From NCBI RefSeq assembly GCF_009914755.1, contig NC_060937.1: a stretch of 64,000 nucleotides of DNA, one strand, 5' to 3'. Shown here in pieces: positions 50,471 through 63,853 of the stretch. This DNA comes from the human T2T-CHM13v2.0 reference genome, Homo sapiens. The notes beneath the pieces are model-generated. The model was not told the origin of the DNA and ran no database searches. It saw nothing but the letters and a program-made list of their open reading frames with translations. The stretch's first letter is position 1. Every line of letters starts with the position of its first letter. A program made the translations under genes and the position numbers.

Positions 50471-53400
50471 AGGTTCCACTCTGTTAGCTGAGTACACACA
50501 TCACAAACTTGTTTCTGAGAATCCTTCTGTCTCGTTTTTATGGGAAGATATTTACTTTTTCACCGTAGGCATCAAAGCGCTCCAAATGTCCACATCCAGA
50601 TACTCCAGAAAGAGTGTTTCAAACCTGCTCTATGAAAGGGAATCTTCAACTCTATGAGTTGAATGCAGACATCAGAAAGAAATTTCTGAGAATGCTGCTG
50701 TCTACCTTTTATTTGAACTCCCGCTTCCAACGAAATCCTCCAAGCTATCCAAATATCCACTTGCATTTTCCACAAAAAGAGTGCTTCAAAACTGCTCTAT
50801 CAATAAATGTTCAACTCCTTTAGCTGGGTGCACACATCACAAACAAGTTTCTGCGAATGCTTCTGTCTAGTTTTTATGGGAAGACATTCCCTTTTTCACC
50901 AAAGGCATCAAAGCGCTCCAAATGTCCACTTCCAGACACTACAAAAAGAGTGTTTCCAACGTGCTCTAAGAAAGCGAATGTTCAACTCTGTGACTTGAAT
51001 GCAGATATCACAAAGTAGTTTCTGAGAGGGCTTCTGTCTAGATTTTAGATGATGATATTCCCGTTTCCAACGAAATCATTAGAGCTATCCAAATATCCAC
51101 TTACAGTTTCTACAAAAAGAGTGTTTCCAAACTGCTGCATCAAAAGAGAGGTTCCACTCTGTTAGCTGAGTACACACATCACAAACTTGTTTCTCAGAAT
51201 CCTTCTGTCTCGTTTTTCTGGGAAGATATTTACTTTTTCACCGTAGGCATCAAAGCGCTCCAAATGTCCACATCCAGATACTCCAGAAAGAGTGTTTCAA
51301 ACCTGCTCTATGAAAGGGAATCTTCAACTCTATGAGTTGAATGCAGACATCAGAAAGAAATTTCTGAGAATGCTGCTGTCTACCTTTTATTTGAATTCCC
51401 GCTTCCAACGAAATCCTCCAAGCTATCCAAATATCCACTTGCAGATTCCACAAAAAGAGTGTTTCAAAACTGCTCTCTATCAATGGCAAAGTTCAACTCT
51501 GTTAGTTGAGGACACATATCACCAACAAGTTTCTGAGAATGCTTCTGTCTATTTTTTATGGGAAGATATTTCCTTTTTCACCGTAGGCGTCAAGGCGATC
51601 GAAATGTCCACTTCCACAAACTACAAAAAGAGTGTTTCAAACCTGCTCTATGAAAGGCCATGTTCATCTCTATGAGTCGAATGGAAATATCCGAAAGAAA
51701 TTTCTGGGAATGCTGCTGTCTAGTTTTTATACGAATTCCCGCTTCCAACGAAATCCTCAAAGCAATCCAAATATCCACTTGCAGAATCCACAAAAAGAGT
51801 GTTTCAAAACTGCTCTATCAATAGAAAGGTTCAACTCTTTTAGTTGAGTACACACATCACAAACAAGTTTCTGAGAATGCTTCTGTCTGGCTTTTATTGG
51901 AAGACGTTTCCTTTTCACCAAAGGCATCAAAGCGCTCCAAATGTCCACTTCCAGATTCTTCCAAAAGAGTGTTTGAAACGTGCTCAAAGTAAGGGAATGT
52001 TCAACTCTGTGACTTGAATGCAGATATCACCAAGTAGTTTCTAATAGTGCTTCTGTCTAGATTTTAGATGATGATATTCCCGTTTCCAACGAAATCGTTA
52101 GAGCTATCCAAATATCCACTTACAGTTTCTACAAAAAGAGTGTTTCCAAACTGCTGCATCAAAAGAAAGGTTCAACTCTGTTAGTTGAGGACACACATCA
52201 CAAAGAAGTTTGTGAGAATGCTTCTGTCTAGATTTTGTATGACCATATTCCCTTTTCCAGCGATATCATTAAAGCAATCTAAATATCCATTTGCAGAATC
52301 CACAAAAATAGAGTTTCAAAGCTGCTCTGTAAAAAGAAAGGTTCCACTCTGTTAGCTGAGTACACACATCACAAACTTGTTTCTCAGAATCCTTCTGTCT
52401 CGTTTTTATGGGAAGATATTTACTTTTTCACCGTAGGCATCAAAGCGCTCCAAATGTCCACATCCAGATACTCCAGAAAGAGTGTTTCAAACCTGCTCTA
52501 TGAAAGGGAATCTTCAACTCTATGAGTTGAATGCAGACATCAGAAAGAAATTTCTGAGAATGCTGCTGTCTACCTTTTATTTGAATTCCCGCTTCCAACG
52601 AAATCCTCCAAGCTATCCAAATATCCACCTGCATTTTCCACAAAAAGAGCGTTTCAAAACTGCTCTATCAATAGAAATGTTCAACTCCTTTGGCTGGGTA
52701 CACACATCACAAACAAGTTTCTGAGAATGCTTCTGTCTAGTTTTTATGGGAAGACATTCCCTTTTTCACCAAAGGCATCAAAGCGCTCCAAATGTCCACT
52801 TCCAGACACTACAAAAAGAGTGTTTCCAACGTGCTCTAAGAAAGCGAATGTTCAACTCTGTGACTTGAATGCAGATATCACAAAGTAGTTTCTGAGAGGG
52901 CTTCTGTCTAGATTTTAGATGATGATATTCCCGTTTCCAACGAAATCATTAGAGCTATCCAAATATCCACTTACAGTTTCTACAAAAAGAGTGTTTCCAA
53001 ACTGCTGCATCAAAAGAGAGGTTCCACTCTGTTAGCTGAGTACACACATCACAAACTTGTTTCTCAGAATCCTTCTGTCTCGTTTTTCTGGGAAGATATT
53101 TACTTTTTCACCGTAGGCATCAAAGCGCTCCAAATGTCCACATCCAGATACTCCAGAAAGAGTGTTTCAAACCTGCTCTATGAAAGGGAATCTTCAACTC
53201 TATGAGTTGAATGCAGACATCAGAAAGAAATTTCTGAGAATGCTGCTGTCTACCTTTTATTTGAATTCCCGCTTCCAACGAAATCCTCCAAGCTATCCAA
53301 ATATCCACTTGCAGATTCCACACAAAGAGTGTTTTAAAACTGCTCTCTATCAATGGCAAAGTTCAACTCTGTTAGTTGAGGACACATATCACCAACAAGT

Positions 53401-56400
53401 TTCTGAGAATGCTTCTGTCTATTTTTTATGGGAAGATAATTCCTTTTTCACCGTAGGCGTCAAGGCGATCAAAATGTCCACTTCCACAAACTACAAAAAG
53501 AGTGTTTCAAACCTGCTCTATGAAAGGCCATGTTCATCTCTATGAGTCGAATGGAAATATCCGAAAGAAATTTCTGGGAATGCTGCTGTCTAGTTTTTAT
53601 ACGAATTCCCGCTTCCAACGAAATCCTCAAAGCAATCCAAATATCCACTTGCAGAATCCACAAAAAGAGTGTTTCAAAACTGCTCTATCAATAGAAAGGT
53701 TCAACTCTTTTAGTTGAGTACACACATCACAAACAAGTTTCTGAGAATGCTTCTGTCTGGCTTTTATTGGAAGACGTTTCCTTTTCACCAAAGGCATCAA
53801 AGCGCTCCAAATGTCCACTTCCAGATTCTTCCAAAAGAGTGTTTGAAACGTGCTCAAAGTAAGGGAATGTTCAACTCTGTGACTTGAATGCAGATATCAC
53901 CAAGTAGTTTCTAATAGTGCTTCTGTCTAGATTTTAGATGATGATATTCCCGTTTCCAACGAAATCGTTAGAGCTATCCAAATATCCACTTACAGTTGCT
54001 ACAAAAACAGTGTTTCCAAACTGCTGCATCAAAAGAAAGGTTCAACTCTGTTAGTTGAGGACACACGTCACAAAGAAGTTTGTGAGAATGCTTCTGTCTA
54101 GATTTTGTATGACGATATTCCCTTTTCCAACGATATCGTTAAAGCAATCTAAATATCCATTTGCAGAATCCACAAAAATAGAGTTTCAAAGCTGCTCTGT
54201 AAAAAGAAAGGTTCCACTCTGTTAGCTGAGTACACACATCACAAACTTGTTTCTGAGAATCCTTCTGTGTCGTTTTTCTGGGAAGATATTTACTTTTTCA
54301 CCGTAGGCATCAAAGCGCTCCAAATGTCCACATCCAGATACTCCAGAAAGAGTGTTTCAAACCTGCTCTATGAAAGGGAATCTTCAACTCTATGAGTTGA
54401 ATGCAGACATCAGAAAGAAATTTCTGAGAATGCTGCTGTCTACCTTTTATTTGAATTCCCGCTTCCAACGAAATCCTCCAAGCTATCCAAATATCCACTT
54501 GCAGATTCCACAAAAAGAGTGTTTCAAAACTGCTCTCTATCAATGGCAAAGTTCAACTCTGTTAGTTGAGGACACATATCACCAACAAGTTTCTGAGAAT
54601 GCTTCTGTCTATTTTTTATGGGAAGATATTTCCTTTTTCACCGTAGGCGTCAAGGCGATCGAAATGTCCACTTCCACAAACTACAAAAAGAGTGTTTCAA
54701 ACCTGCTCTATGAAAGGCCATGTTCATCTCTATGAGTCGAATGGAAATATCCGAAAGAAATTTCTGGGAATGCTGCTGTCTAGTTTTTATACGAATTCCC
54801 GCTTCCAACGAAATCCTCAAAGCAATCCAAATATCCACTTGCAGAATCCACAAAAAGAGTGTTTCAAAACTGCTCTATCAATAGAAAGGTTCAACTCTTT
54901 TAGTTGAGTACACACATCACAAACAAGTTTCTGAGAATGCTTCTGTCTGGCTTTTATTGGAAGACGTTTCCTTTTCACCAAAGGCATCAAAGCGCTCCAA
55001 ATGTCCACTTCCAGATTCTTCCAAAAGAGTGTTTGAAACGTGCTCAAAGTAAGGGAATGTTCAACTCTGTGACTTGAATGCAGATATCACCAAGTAGTTT
55101 CTAATAGTGCTTCTGTCTAGATTTTAGATGATGATATTCCCGTTTCCAACGAAATCGTTAGAGCTATCCAAATATCCACTTACAGTTTCTACAAAAAGAG
55201 TGTTTCCAAACTGCTGCATCAAAAGAAAGGTTCAACTCTGTTAGTTGAGGACACACATCACAAAGAAGTTTGTGAGAATGCTTCTGTCTAGATTTTGTAT
55301 GACCATATTCCCTTTTCCAGCGATATCATTAAAGCAATCTAAATATCCATTTGCAGAATCCACAAAAATAGAGTTTCAAAGCTGCTCTGTAAAAAGAAAG
55401 GTTCCACTCTGTTAGCTGAGTACACACATCACAAACTTGTTTCTGAGAATCCTTCTGTCTCGTTTTTATGGGAAGATATTTACTTTTTCACCGTAGGCAT
55501 CAAAGCGCTCCAAATGTCCACATCCAGATACTCCAGAAAGAGTGTTTCAAACCTGCTCTATGAAAGGGAATCTTCAACTCTATGAGTTGAATGCAGACAT
55601 CAGAAAGAAATTTCTGAGAATGCTGCTGTCTACCTTTTATTTGAACTCCCGCTTCCAACGAAATCCTCCAAGCTATCCAAATATCCACTTGCATTTTCCA
55701 CAAAAAGAGTGCTTCAAAACTGCTCTATCAATAAATGTTCAACTCCTTTAGCTGGGTGCACACATCACAAACAAGTTTCTGAGAATGCTTCTGTCTAGTT
55801 TTTATGGGAAGACATTCCCTTTTTCACCAAAGGCATCAAAGCGCTCCAAATGTCCACTTCCAGACACTACAAAAAGAGTGTTTCCAACGTGCTCTAAGAA
55901 AGCGAATGTTCAACTCTGTGACTTGAATGCAGATATCACAAAGTAGTTTCTGAGAGGGCTTCTGTCTAGATTTTAGATGATGATATTCCCGTTTCCAACG
56001 AAATCATTAGAGCTATCCAAATATCCACTTACAGTTTCTACAAAAAGAGTGTTTCCAAACTGCTGCATCAAAAGAGAGGTTCCACTCTGTTAGCTGAGTA
56101 CACACATCACAAACTTGTTTCTCAGAATCCTTCTGTCTCGTTTTTCTGGGAAGATATTTACTTTTTCACCGTAGGCATCAAAGCGCTCCAAATGTCCACA
56201 TCCAGATACTCCAGAAAGAGTGTTTCAAACCTGCTCTATGAAAGGGAATCTTCAACTCTATGAGTTGAATGCAGACATCAGAAAGAAATTTCTGAGAATG
56301 CTGCTGTCTACCTTTTATTTGAATTCCCGCTTCCAACGAAATCCTCCAAGCTATCCAAATATCCACTTGCAGATTCCACAAAAAGAGTGTTTCAAAACTG

Positions 56401-59400
56401 CTCTCTATCAATGGCAAAGTTCAACTCTGTTAGTTGAGGACACATATCACCAACAAGTTTCTGAGAATGCTTCTGTCTATTTTTTATGGGAAGATATTTC
56501 CTTTTTCACCGTAGGCGTCAAGGCGATCGAAATGTCCACTTCCACAAACTACAAAAAGAGTGTTTCAAACCTGCTCTATGAAAGGCCATGTTCATCTCTA
56601 TGAGTCGAATGGAAATATCCGAAAGAAATTTCTGGGAATGCTGCTGTCTAGTTTTTATACGAATTCCCGCTTCCAACGAAATCCTCAAAGCAATCCAAAT
56701 ATCCACTTGCAGAATCCACAAAAAGAGTGTTTCAAAACTGCTCTATCAATAGAAAGGTTCAACTCTTTTAGTTGAGTACACACATCACAAACAAGTTTCT
56801 GAGAATGCTTCTGTCTGGCTTTTATTGGAAGACGTTTCCTTTTCACCAAAGGCATCAAAGCGCTCCAAATGTCCACTTCCAGATTCTTCCAAAAGAGTGT
56901 TTGAAACGTGCTCAAAGTAAGGGAATGTTCAACTCTGTGACTTGAATGCAGATATCACCAAGTAGTTTCTAATAGTGCTTCTGTCTAGATTTTAGATGAT
57001 GATATTCCCGTTTCCAACGAAATCGTTAGAGCTATCCAAATATCCACTTACAGTTTCTACAAAAAGAGTGTTTCCAAACTGCTGCATCAAAAGAAAGGTT
57101 CAACTCTGTTAGTTGAGGACACACATCACAAAGAAGTTTGTGAGAATGCTTCTGTCTAGATTTTGTATGACCATATTCCCTTTTCCAGCGATATCATTAA
57201 AGCAATCTAAATATCCATTTGCAGAATCCACAAAAATAGAGTTTCAAAGCTGCTGTGTAAAAAGAAAGGTTCCACTCTGTTAGCTGAGTACACACATCAC
57301 AAACTTGTTTCTCAGAATCCTTCTGTCTCGTTTTTATGGGAAGATATTTACTTTTTCACCGTAGGCATCAAAGCGCTCCAAATGTCCACATCCAGATACT
57401 CCAGAAAGAGTGTTTCAAACCTGCTCTATGAAAGGGAATCTTCAACTCTATGAGTTGAATGCAGACATCAGAAAGAAATTTCTGAGAATGCTGCTGTCTA
57501 CCTTTTATTTGAATTCCCGCTTCCAACGAAATCCTCCAAGCTATCCAAATATCCACCTGCATTTTCCACAAAAAGAGCGTTTCAAAACTGCTCTATCAAT
57601 AGAAATGTTCAACTCCTTTGGCTGGGTACACACATCACAAACAAGTTTCTGAGAATGCTTCTGTCTAGTTTTTATGGGAAGACATTCCCTTTTTCACCAA
57701 AGGCATCAAAGCGCTCCAAATGTCCACTTCCAGACACTACAAAAAGAGTGTTTCCAACGTGCTCTAAGAAAGCGAATGTTCAACTCTGTGACTTGAATGC
57801 AGATATCACAAAGTAGTTTCTGAGAGGGCTTCTGTCTAGATTTTAGATGATGATATTCCCGTTTCCAACGAAATCATTAGAGCTATCCAAATATCCACTT
57901 ACAGTTTCTACAAAAAGAGTGTTTCCAAACTGCTGCATCAAAAGAGAGGTTCCACTCTGTTAGCTGAGTACACACATCACAAACTTGTTTCTCAGAATCC
58001 TTCTGTCTCGTTTTTCTGGGAAGATATTTACTTTTTCACCGTAGGCATCAAAGCGCTCCAAATGTCCACATCCAGATACTCCAGAAAGAGTGTTTCAAAC
58101 CTGCTCTATGAAAGGGAATCTTCAACTCTATGAGTTGAATGCAGACATCAGAAAGAAATTTCTGAGAATGCTGCTGTCTACCTTTTATTTGAATTCCCGC
58201 TTCCAACGAAATCCTCCAAGCTATCCAAATATCCACTTGCAGATTCCACACAAAGAGTGTTTTAAAACTGCTCTCTATCAATGGCAAAGTTCAACTCTGT
58301 TAGTTGAGGACACATATCACCAACAAGTTTCTGAGAATGCTTCTGTCTATTTTTTATGGGAAGATAATTCCTTTTTCACCGTAGGCGTCAAGGCGATCAA
58401 AATGTCCACTTCCACAAACTACAAAAAGAGTGTTTCAAACCTGCTCTATGAAAGGCCATGTTCATCTCTATGAGTCGAATGGAAATATCCGAAAGAAATT
58501 TCTGGGAATGCTGCTGTCTAGTTTTTATACGAATTCCCGCTTCCAACGAAATCCTCAAAGCAATCCAAATATCCACTTGCAGAATCCACAAAAAGAGTGT
58601 TTCAAAACTGCTCTATCAATAGAAAGGTTCAACTCTTTTAGTTGAGTACACACATCACAAACAAGTTTCTGAGAATGCTTCTGTCTGGCTTTTATTGGAA
58701 GACGTTTCCTTTTCACCAAAGGCATCAAAGCGCTCCAAATGTCCACTTCCAGATTCTTCCAAAAGAGTGTTTGAAACGTGCTCAAAGTAAGGGAATGTTC
58801 AACTCTGTGACTTGAATGCAGATATCACCAAGTAGTTTCTAATAGTGCTTCTGTCTAGATTTTAGATGATGATATTCCCGTTTCCAACGAAATCGTTAGA
58901 GCTATCCAAATATCCACTTACAGTTGCTACAAAAACAGTGTTTCCAAACTGCTGCATCAAAAGAAAGGTTCAACTCTGTTAGTTGAGGACACACGTCACA
59001 AAGAAGTTTGTGAGAATGCTTCTGTCTAGATTTTGTATGACGATATTCCCTTTTCCAACGATATCGTTAAAGCAATCTAAATATCCATTTGCAGAATCCA
59101 CAAAAATAGAGTTTCAAAGCTGCTCTGTAAAAAGAAAGGTTCCACTCTGTTAGCTGAGTACACACATCACAAACTTGTTTCTCAGAATCCTTCTGTCTCG
59201 TTTTTCTGGGAAGATATTTACTTTTTCACCGTAGGCATCAAAGCGCTCCAAATGTCCACATCCAGATACTCCAGAAAGAGTGTTTCAAACCTGCTCTATG
59301 AAAGGGAATCTTCAACTCTATGAGTTGAATGCAGACATCAGAAAGAAATTTCTGAGAATGCTGCTGTCTACCTTTTATTTGAATTCCCGCTTCCAACGAA

Positions 59401-62400
59401 ATCCTCCAAGCTATCCAAATATCCACTTGCAGATTCCACAAAAAGAGTGTTTCAAAACTGCTCTCTATCAATGGCAAAGTTCAACTCTGTTAGTTGAGGA
59501 CACATATCACCAACAAGTTTCTGAGAATGCTTCTGTCTATTTTTTATGGGAAGATATTTCCTTTTTCACCGTAGGCGTCAAGGCGATCGAAATGTCCACT
59601 TCCACAAACTACAAAAAGAGTGTTTCAAACCTGCTCTATGAAAGGCCATGTTCATCTCTATGAGTCGAATGGAAATATCCGAAAGAAATTTCTGGGAATG
59701 CTGCTGTCTAGTTTTTATACGAATTCCCGCTTCCAACGAAATCCTCAAAGCAATCCAAATATCCACTTGCAGAATCCACAAAAAGAGTGTTTCAAAACTG
59801 CTCTATCAATAGAAAGGTTCAACTCTTTTAGTTGAGTACACACATCACAAACAAGTTTCTGAGAATGCTTCTGTCTGGCTTTTATTGGAAGACGTTTCCT
59901 TTTCACCAAAGGCATCAAAGCGCTCCAAATGTCCACTTCCAGATTCTTCCAAAAGAGTGTTTGAAACGTGCTCAAAGTAAGGGAATGTTCAACTCTGTGA
60001 CTTGAATGCAGATATCACCAAGTAGTTTCTAATAGTGCTTCTGTCTAGATTTTAGATGATGATATTCCCGTTTCTAACGAAATCGTTAGAGCTATCCAAA
60101 TATCCACTTACAGTTTCTACAAAAAGAGTGTTTCCAAACTGCTGCATCAAAAGAAAGGTTCAACTCTGTTAGTTGAGGACACACATCACAAAGAAGTTTG
60201 TGAGAATGCTTCTGTCTAGATTTTGTATGACCATATTCCCTTTTCCAGCGATATCATTAAAGCAATCTAAATATCCATTTGCAGAATCCACAAAAATAGA
60301 GTTTCAAAGCTGCTCTGTAAAAAGAAAGGTTCCACTCTGTTAGCTGAGTACACACATCACAAACTTGTTTCTCAGAATCCTTCTGTCTCGTTTTTATGGG
60401 AAGATATTTACTTTTTCACCGTAGGCATCAAAGCGCTCCAAATGTCCACATCCAGATACTCCAGAAAGAGTGTTTCAAACCTGCTCTATGAAAGGGAATC
60501 TTCAACTCTATGAGTTGAATGCAGACATCAGAAAGAAATTTCTGAGAATGCTGCTGTCTACCTTTTATTTGAACTCCCGCTTCCAACGAAATCCTCCAAG
60601 CTATCCAAATATCCACTTGCATTTTCCACAAAAAGAGTGCTTCAAAACTGCTCTATCAATAAATGTTCAACTCCTTTAGCTGGGTGCACACATCACAAAC
60701 AAGTTTCTGAGAATGCTTCTGTCTAGTTTTTATGGGAAGACATTCCCTTTTTCACCAAAGGCATCAAAGCGCTCCAAATGTCCACTTCCAGACACTACAA
60801 AAAGAGTGTTTCCAACGTGCTCTAAGAAAGCGAATGTTCAACTCTGTGACTTGAATGCAGATATCACAAAGTAGTTTCTGAGAGGGCTTCTGTCTAGATT
60901 TTAGATGATGATATTCCCGTTTCCAACGAAATCATTAGAGCTATCCAAATATCCACTTACAGTTTCTACAAAAAGAGTGTTTCCAAACTGCTGCATCAAA
61001 AGAGAGGTTCCACTCTGTTAGCTGAGTACACACATCACAAACTTGTTTCTCAGAATCCTTCTGTCTCGTTTTTCTGGGAAGATATTTACTTTTTCACCGT
61101 AGGCATCAAAGCGCTCCAAATGTCCACATCCAGATACTCCAGAAAGAGTGTTTCAAACCTGCTCTATGAAAGGGAATCTTCAACTCTATGAGTTGAATGC
61201 AGACATCAGAAAGAAATTTCTGAGAATGCTGCTGTCTACCTTTTATTTGAATTCCCGCTTCCAACGAAATCCTCCAAGCTATCCAAATATCCACTTGCAG
61301 ATTCCACAAAAAGAGTGTTTCAAAACTGCTCTCTATCAATGGCAAAGTTCAACTCTGTTAGTTGAGGACACATATCACCAACAAGTTTCTGAGAATGCTT
61401 CTGTCTATTTTTTATGGGAAGATATTTCCTTTTTCACCGTAGGCGTCAAGGCGATCGAAATGTCCACTTCCACAAACTACAAAAAGAGTGTTTCAAACCT
61501 GCTCTATGAAAGGCCATGTTCATCTCTATGAGTCGAATGGAAATATCCGAAAGAAATTTCTGGGAATGCTGCTGTCTAGTTTTTATACGAATTCCCGCTT
61601 CCAACGAAATCCTCAAAGCAATCCAAATATCCACTTGCAGAATCCACAAAAAGAGTGTTTCAAAACTGCTCTATCAATAGAAAGGTTCAACTCTTTTAGT
61701 TGAGTACACACATCACAAACAAGTTTCTGAGAATGCTTCTGTCTGGCTTTTATTGGAAGACGTTTCCTTTTCACCAAAGGCATCAAAGCGCTCCAAATGT
61801 CCACTTCCAGATTCTTCCAAAAGAGTGTTTGAAACGTGCTCAAAGTAAGGGAATGTTCAACTCTGTGACTTGAATGCAGATATCACCAAGTAGTTTCTAA
61901 TAGTGCTTCTGTCTAGATTTTAGATGATGATATTCCCGTTTCCAACGAAATCGTTAGAGCTATCCAAATATCCACTTACAGTTTCTACAAAAAGAGTGTT
62001 TCCAAACTGCTGCATCAAAAGAAAGGTTCAACTCTGTTAGTTGAGGACACACATCACAAAGAAGTTTGTGAGAATGCTTCTGTCTAGATTTTGTATGACC
62101 ATATTCCCTTTTCCAGCGATATCATTAAAGCAATCTAAATATCCATTTGCAGAATCCACAAAAATAGAGTTTCAAAGCTGCTCTGTAAAAAGAAAGGTTC
62201 CACTCTGTTAGCTGAGTACACACATCACAAACTTGTTTCTCAGAATCCTTCTGTCTCGTTTTTATGGGAAGATATTTACTTTTTCACCGTAGGCATCAAA
62301 GCGCTCCAAATGTCCACATCCAGATACTCCAGAAAGAGTGTTTCAAACCTGCTCTATGAAAGGGAATCTTCAACTCTATGAGTTGAATGCAGACATCAGA

Positions 62401-63853
62401 AAGAAATTTCTGAGAATGCTGCTGTCTACCTTTTATTTGAATTCCCGCTTCCAACGAAATCCTCCAAGCTATCCAAATATCCACCTGCATTTTCCACAAA
62501 AAGAGCGTTTCAAAACTGCTCTATCAATAGAAATGTTCAACTCCTTTGGCTGGGTACACACATCACAAACAAGTTTCTGAGAATGCTTCTGTCTAGTTTT
62601 TATGGGAAGACATTCCCTTTTTCACCAAAGGCATCAAAGCGCTCCAAATGTCCACTTCCAGACACTACAAAAAGAGTGTTTCCAACGTGCTCTAAGAAAG
62701 CGAATGTTCAACTCTGTGACTTGAATGCAGATATCACAAAGTAGTTTCTGAGAGGGCTTCTGTCTAGATTTTAGATGATGATATTCCCGTTTCCAACGAA
62801 ATCATTAGAGCTATCCAAATATCCACTTACAGTTTCTACAAAAAGAGTGTTTCCAAACTGCTGCATCAAAAGAGAGGTTCCACTCTGTTAGCTGAGTACA
62901 CACATCACAAACTTGTTTCTCAGAATCCTTCTGTCTCGTTTTTCTGGGAAGATATTTACTTTTTCACCGTAGGCATCAAAGCGCTCCAAATGTCCACATC
63001 CAGATACTCCAGAAAGAGTGTTTCAAACCTGCTCTATGAAAGGGAATCTTCAACTCTATGAGTTGAATGCAGACATCAGAAAGAAATTTCTGAGAATGCT
63101 GCTGTCTACCTTTTATTTGAATTCCCGCTTCCAACGAAATCCTCCAAGCTATCCAAATATCCACTTGCAGATTCCACACAAAGAGTGTTTTAAAACTGCT
63201 CTCTATCAATGGCAAAGTTCAACTCTGTTAGTTGAGGACACATATCACCAACAAGTTTCTGAGAATGCTTCTGTCTATTTTTTATGGGAAGATAATTCCT
63301 TTTTCACCGTAGGCGTCAAGGCGATCAAAATGTCCACTTCCACAAACTACAAAAAGAGTGTTTCAAACCTGCTCTATGAAAGGCCATGTTCATCTCTATG
63401 AGTCGAATGGAAATATCCGAAAGAAATTTCTGGGAATGCTGCTGTCTAGTTTTTATACGAATTCCCGCTTCCAACGAAATCCTCAAAGCAATCCAAATAT
63501 CCACTTGCAGAATCCACAAAAAGAGTGTTTCAAAACTGCTCTATCAATAGAAAGGTTCAACTCTTTTAGTTGAGTACACACATCACAAACAAGTTTCTGA
63601 GAATGCTTCTGTCTGGCTTTTATTGGAAGACGTTTCCTTTTCACCAAAGGCATCAAAGCGCTCCAAATGTCCACTTCCAGATTCTTCCAAAAGAGTGTTT
63701 GAAACGTGCTCAAAGTAAGGGAATGTTCAACTCTGTGACTTGAATGCAGATATCACCAAGTAGTTTCTAATAGTGCTTCTGTCTAGATTTTAGATGATGA
63801 TATTCCCGTTTCCAACGAAATCGTTAGAGCTATCCAAATATCCACTTACAGTT
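49281..63853. repeat. Super-HOR of 4928 bp (29 monomers, aSbS*S), about 3 copies
   Basis: 'a' blocks start at 50471, 55399 and 60327 (678+680+3x1190=4928). A private four-SNP haplotype S* recurs at exactly +4928 (53323, 58251, 63179). Ends are approximate. Confidence 0.92.

Noticed and set aside
60066-60082. Variant CENP-B box tcccgtttcTaacgaaa (C>T at 60075) as a second inactivated box
   Set aside because: The change is at a non-core position. TTTCGTTAGAAACGGGA still fits nTTCGnnnnAnnCGGGn.
262-63713. About 200 short ORFs (63-127 aa; MFQTCSMKG..., MPLIESSF..., MWILQVD...) on both strands
   Set aside because: They recur with the satellite period, overlap on both strands, and are freely broken by SNVs and indels (e.g. 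stop at 4244, frameshift near 24843). They have no recognisable domains and are chance open frames of alphoid DNA. I used them only as positional markers.
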